A stretch of DNA of 64,000 nt from Spirochaetia bacterium (GTDB lineage Bacteria > Spirochaetota > Spirochaetia > SZUA-6 > Bin103). The DNA is taken from NCBI GenBank assembly GCA_965203515.1, contig OZ241907.1, positions 3,552,001-3,616,000 of the forward strand, given 5' to 3'. The notes under the pieces are model-generated. The model had not been told where the DNA came from. It searched no databases and saw only the letters and a program-made list of their open reading frames with translations. Shown in pieces: positions 60,774-64,000 of the stretch. The first letter of the stretch is position 1, and the number at the start of each line of letters is the position of its first letter. The position numbers and the translations under genes were made by a program.

Positions 60774-60802
60774 AGTATAATAATGGAAAACACTTGAGTC
60801 AA
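60774..60802 (-). promoter_or_regulatory. Near-consensus sigma70 promoter giving a leaderless HNH transcript
   Basis: TTGACT-17 nt-TATACT-6 nt-ATG, with no SD. Confidence 0.75.
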
Positions 60803-61246
60803 GTTCGTCGACGTAAAGCCCAACCGTGGAGGTGCTGACGCTGGCCGCTTGAGGATATCGTTTTCTATCTAACCCGCGGTGCGCTTCACTGCGTCATAAC
60901 GATATTGAAGTCCTGGGATCCATACAGAATAACTTGACTGTGTGGGTATACGAAGGGTCGAAATAGGACGGGCGCCAGTCCATGTGCTACGATGCTTGCG
61001 ATGGCATCCGCACGCGAGGCGCGCCCCCGGTACGACGAGCAGTACAAGCAGCTGTTCGCGTTCCCGCGCATGGTCGAGGACCTGTTGCGCGCCTTCGTCG
61101 GCGATCAACTCGGCGCCAGCGACTTTTCGACGCTGCGGAAGCTGTCGTCGGACTACGTCAGCGATGAACTGCTCAAGCGCCGCGGCGACACCGTATGGCG
61201 GCTGCGCGTGCCCGGCGGCTGGGCCTGCCTGCTGTTGCTCCTGGAG

Positions 61247-62567
61247 TGGAGTTGACCCGCTTTCGTGGACACATCAAGAGTGAGGACGAGAGGAGGGAAT
61301 ACGATGGCGAGAACGCATCAAGCGTATCCACAGGAGTACCGCCAGCAGATGGTCGAGCTGATCCATGCCGGCCGCACGCCGGAGGACCTGGCGCAGGAGT
61401 TTGAGCCGTCTGCCGGCTCGATCCGCAACTGGGTCGCGCAGGACGAGCGCGACGCCGGGCAGCGCAGCGACGGGCTCAGCGGTGAGGAACGTCAGGAGTT
61501 GCGCCGCCTGCGCCGCGAGAACAAGCAGCTACGGATCGAGCGTGACATCTTAAAAAAGCAGCGGCTTGGTTCGCACGGGAGAGCGACTCGATCCCGGAGC
61601 GGGATTCCGGTTCGTGAAGGCGAATCAGGCCACGTGGCCGGTGCGCACCCTCTGCCAAGTGCTGGGTCTCTCCCCCAGCGGCTACTACGCATGGGTGCGC
61701 CGCAGGCCGTCGGCGCGAGCGCGGCGGGACGCGCAGTTGATGGGGCGCATCAAGGAGGTCTGGACCGCCAACCGCGAGGTGTACGGCCGGCTGCGGATAC
61801 ACGCGGAGTTGCAGGCAGCCGGCGAACGGGTCAGCGCGAAGCGGGTCGGGCGACTGATGCGGCGCGCCGGGATCGCGGGGGTGAGCCGCCGGCGTACGAC
61901 GCGCACGACTACGCGCGAGCAGCGAGCGGAGCGGGTAGCCCCAGACTTGGTAGAGCGGAACTTCGCGGCGACCGAGGCGGATCGGTTGTGGGTGGCCGAT
62001 ATCACCTATGTGACGACGTGGGCGGGATTTCTGTACGTGGCGGTGGTGCTTGATGCGTGGAGTCGGCGCGTGGTCGGCTTCCTCGATGGCCGCGCACCTG
62101 CGGACCGAACTGGTCCTGGATGCGCTGAACATGGCGATCTGGCGGCGTCGGCCGCAGGGCGTGGTGCACCACAGCGACCAGGGCGCGCAGTACACGTCGA
62201 TCGCCTTCGGGCAGCGGTGCCGGCAGGCCGGAGTGAGACCGTCGACCGGCTCGGTGGGCGATGCGTATGACAACGCGCTGTGCGAGAGCTTCTTTGCGAC
62301 GCTGGAGTGCGAGTTACTGGATCGTCACCGGTTCGGCGGTCGGGCCGAAGCGCGCATGGCGGTATTCGAGTTCATCGAGGGGTTCTACAACCGGCGCCGG
62401 CGCCACTCGGCACTGGGCTACCGGTCGCCGGTTGCCTTCGAGGCCGACGAAGCCGAGGCAGCAGCATGACGATCGGCTTGACGGCCAACGCCATCGCGAG
62501 GACTGTTCCTCTGCGACGGGGTTGTGCACATCAGAGGTTACCCGTCCACCAAACCGGGACAACTCCA
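61247..62567 (+). mobile_element. IS3-family insertion sequence (1321 bp), transposase frameshifted
   Basis: TG...CA ends, 24-bp IRs TGGAGTTGACCCGCTTTCGTGGAC and TGGAGTTGTCCCGGTTTGGTGGAC, 3-bp target duplication GAG. OrfA from 61304. OrfB WVADITY, HHSDQGAQY, DNALCESFF split across frames near 62080. Confidence 0.93.
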
Positions 62568-63063
62568 GAGTTCCAGTCGCGCGACGATCACTACATGGCG
62601 CTGCGCATCCTGAGCTACACCAGCCTGCTGTACCAGGAACTGGTGCGCAACAAGGCGCCGGAGGCGCGCGTGGCGCTGCCGGCGGTGCTGCGTGCTGCCC
62701 GTCGTGCTCTACAACGGCGCGCCGCGGTGGCGTGCGCCGCAGGAGATCGGCGACCTGATCGCGCCGGTGGCGGAGGGGCTGGCGCCGTACCAACCGTCGC
62801 AGCGGTACTTGGTGATCGAGGAGCAGCACGTAGCGGCGGACGCGGTGCCGAGCGGCAATCTGATGCGGGCGGTGATCGGGTTGGAGCAGAGCCGTACGCC
62901 GGCGGACTTGGTGCGGGTAGCGGACGAGCTGCCGGAGTGGCTGGAGGGGTCGGAGAACGTCGAGTTGCGGAGGGTGTTCGTCGACTGGCTGACGAGTTCG
63001 ATCGGGCAGGTCATGCCGGCCGGTGAGGAGCTGCCGGCGATGGACAGCCTGGAGGAGGTACGG

Positions 63064-63375
63064 ATGACGCTGAAAGAACGCTTGAGGGAGTGGCCCGCGC
63101 AGTGGATGCGGGAAGGTCGCGAGCAGGGCCTCGAACAGGGTCTCGAGCGGGGCCTCGAACAAGGTCGCGAGCAGGGCCTCGAACACGAACGGGCGCTGCT
63201 CTGCCGTATGGCAGCGTTGCGGTTCGGTGCGGAGGCGAGCGAGCGTTTGGCGGTTCTGTTGGCCAACGTCGCGGAAGCGGATCGACTGGCCGATATAGGC
63301 GACCGGTTGGTGCAATGCCGCGCCGCCGACGAATTTCTGACGCAAGCAGAGCTGATCACTCGACCGATCGACTGA
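63064..63375 (+). CDS. Intact RpnS-like ORF retained in pseudogene B2
   Basis: GGAGGAGGT SD plus ATG 63064. Open 103 aa. Confidence 0.66.
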   Translation: MTLKERLREWPAQWMREGREQGLEQGLERGLEQGREQGLEHERALLCRMAALRFGAEASERLAVLLANVAEADRLADIGDRLVQCRAADEFLTQAELITRPID

Positions 63376-63453
63376 ACATGCGCTCGCGCGCCTCCGTCGT
63401 GCCGGCGCGCCGCCGGCTCAACCTCCGGCGGGTCGCGCAGCTCGGCGGCCAGG

Positions 63454-63972
63454 TTAGCTACAGCTTGCTCGGTGTTTCTCAATCTCGTCTTTGACGCGCT
63501 GCTGGAGGTCCTCAAGCTTCAGCCGTTCCATTTCTATGGCATTCACCAGAAGCGCCTTGACAACGCCCTTCGGAAACCGCTTGTACCGTTTCTCCGCTAG
63601 TGCCGCGACGATACGCCGGGCGACCGCGCCTATCCGAACGTAGTCGAGACCACACACGTCTACATGCTGATCGACCAAGTCGACGACCGGTGTCTTCCCT
63701 TGCGTGTACTTCAACCGCTGATCGGCGGCCTGCTGCAGTTCCTCCACTGCAACCCATACCATCTCGACCTTTTCCAATCGGTCTTGCGCCGACGCCAGCG
63801 CCAGCACGGCTCCTTCGACATCGGGCTTCTTACCGTCCCCGCATTCCCAGAATGACAGCGAATTTCCGTGAGTACGCAGGTCTGCAGTAACGGCATCGGC
63901 CGGGATTTCGCCATCGTCCATGCCGTGTCGGTCTTCCCATTTCGATCGTGTGATCTTGCGAGCTAGAAACAT
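63454..63972 (-). CDS. Hypothetical protein (lower GC, accessory)
   Basis: 172-aa ORF with RKITRSKW and DLRTHGNSLSFW motifs. Function not recognised. Confidence 0.7.
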   Translation of the reverse strand: MFLARKITRSKWEDRHGMDDGEIPADAVTADLRTHGNSLSFWECGDGKKPDVEGAVLALASAQDRLEKVEMVWVAVEELQQAADQRLKYTQGKTPVVDLVDQHVDVCGLDYVRIGAVARRIVAALAEKRYKRFPKGVVKALLVNAIEMERLKLEDLQQRVKDEIEKHRASCS

Positions 63973-64000
63973 CGAACATCTACGATGACGTAAGATTGAC

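Larger units (their letters stand above)
61001..63375 (+). pseudogene. Rpn copy B2, disrupted by IS3 and a 7-nt duplication
   Basis: Near-identical to B1. IS3 inserted in the LE|FQS motif, and GTGCTGC is duplicated near 62685-62698. Confidence 0.9.

Noticed and set aside
61552..61558. A6G as a functional -1 frameshift site of IS3
   Set aside because: As assembled, orfB is +1 relative to orfA and has a second frameshift, so the element looks defective or mis-sequenced rather than novel.

Overview
High-GC bacterial chromosome segment, probably from a spirochaete. This is inferred from the flgM-like gene, the pspA/CesT/STAS-zinc-ribbon cluster and the lipoprotein processing genes. The LRR/FN3/Calx-beta surface protein would fit a host-associated lifestyle. 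The left third is accessory-rich. It holds a two-component system, a convergent N6-MTase plus PLD-nuclease restriction-modification pair, gdhA, and two cargo genes each flanked by decayed duplications of their chromosomal neighbours. It also holds a defence island: KAP NTPase, type I R-M, and AAA+PD-(D/E)XK. In that island the hsdM-hsdS junction is interrupted by three tandem Rpn (YhgA-like) copies and an intact IS66. The middle (27.5-53.5 kb) is mostly housekeeping: hppA, pspA, rsmE, ctpA, lgt, PPi-type pfk, galU, aroK, hisA, lspA, folate genes, mdh, fumC, tRNA-Val and tRNA-Ala. The right end holds a poly-C-containing LRR autotransporter-like gene and a duplicated HNH/Rpn unit with reciprocal decay and an IS3 insertion. 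The most notable signals are three. (1) In two unrelated Rpn families the nuclease part has decayed in most copies, while the internally initiated C-terminal (RpnS-like antitoxin) ORF is usually kept. (2) There is a recurrent integrase-free signature of duplication-flanked insertion followed by microhomology deletion. (3) Long C-tracts sit at the 5' ends of both large surface-protein genes. All product calls come from motif recognition by eye; no database search was run.
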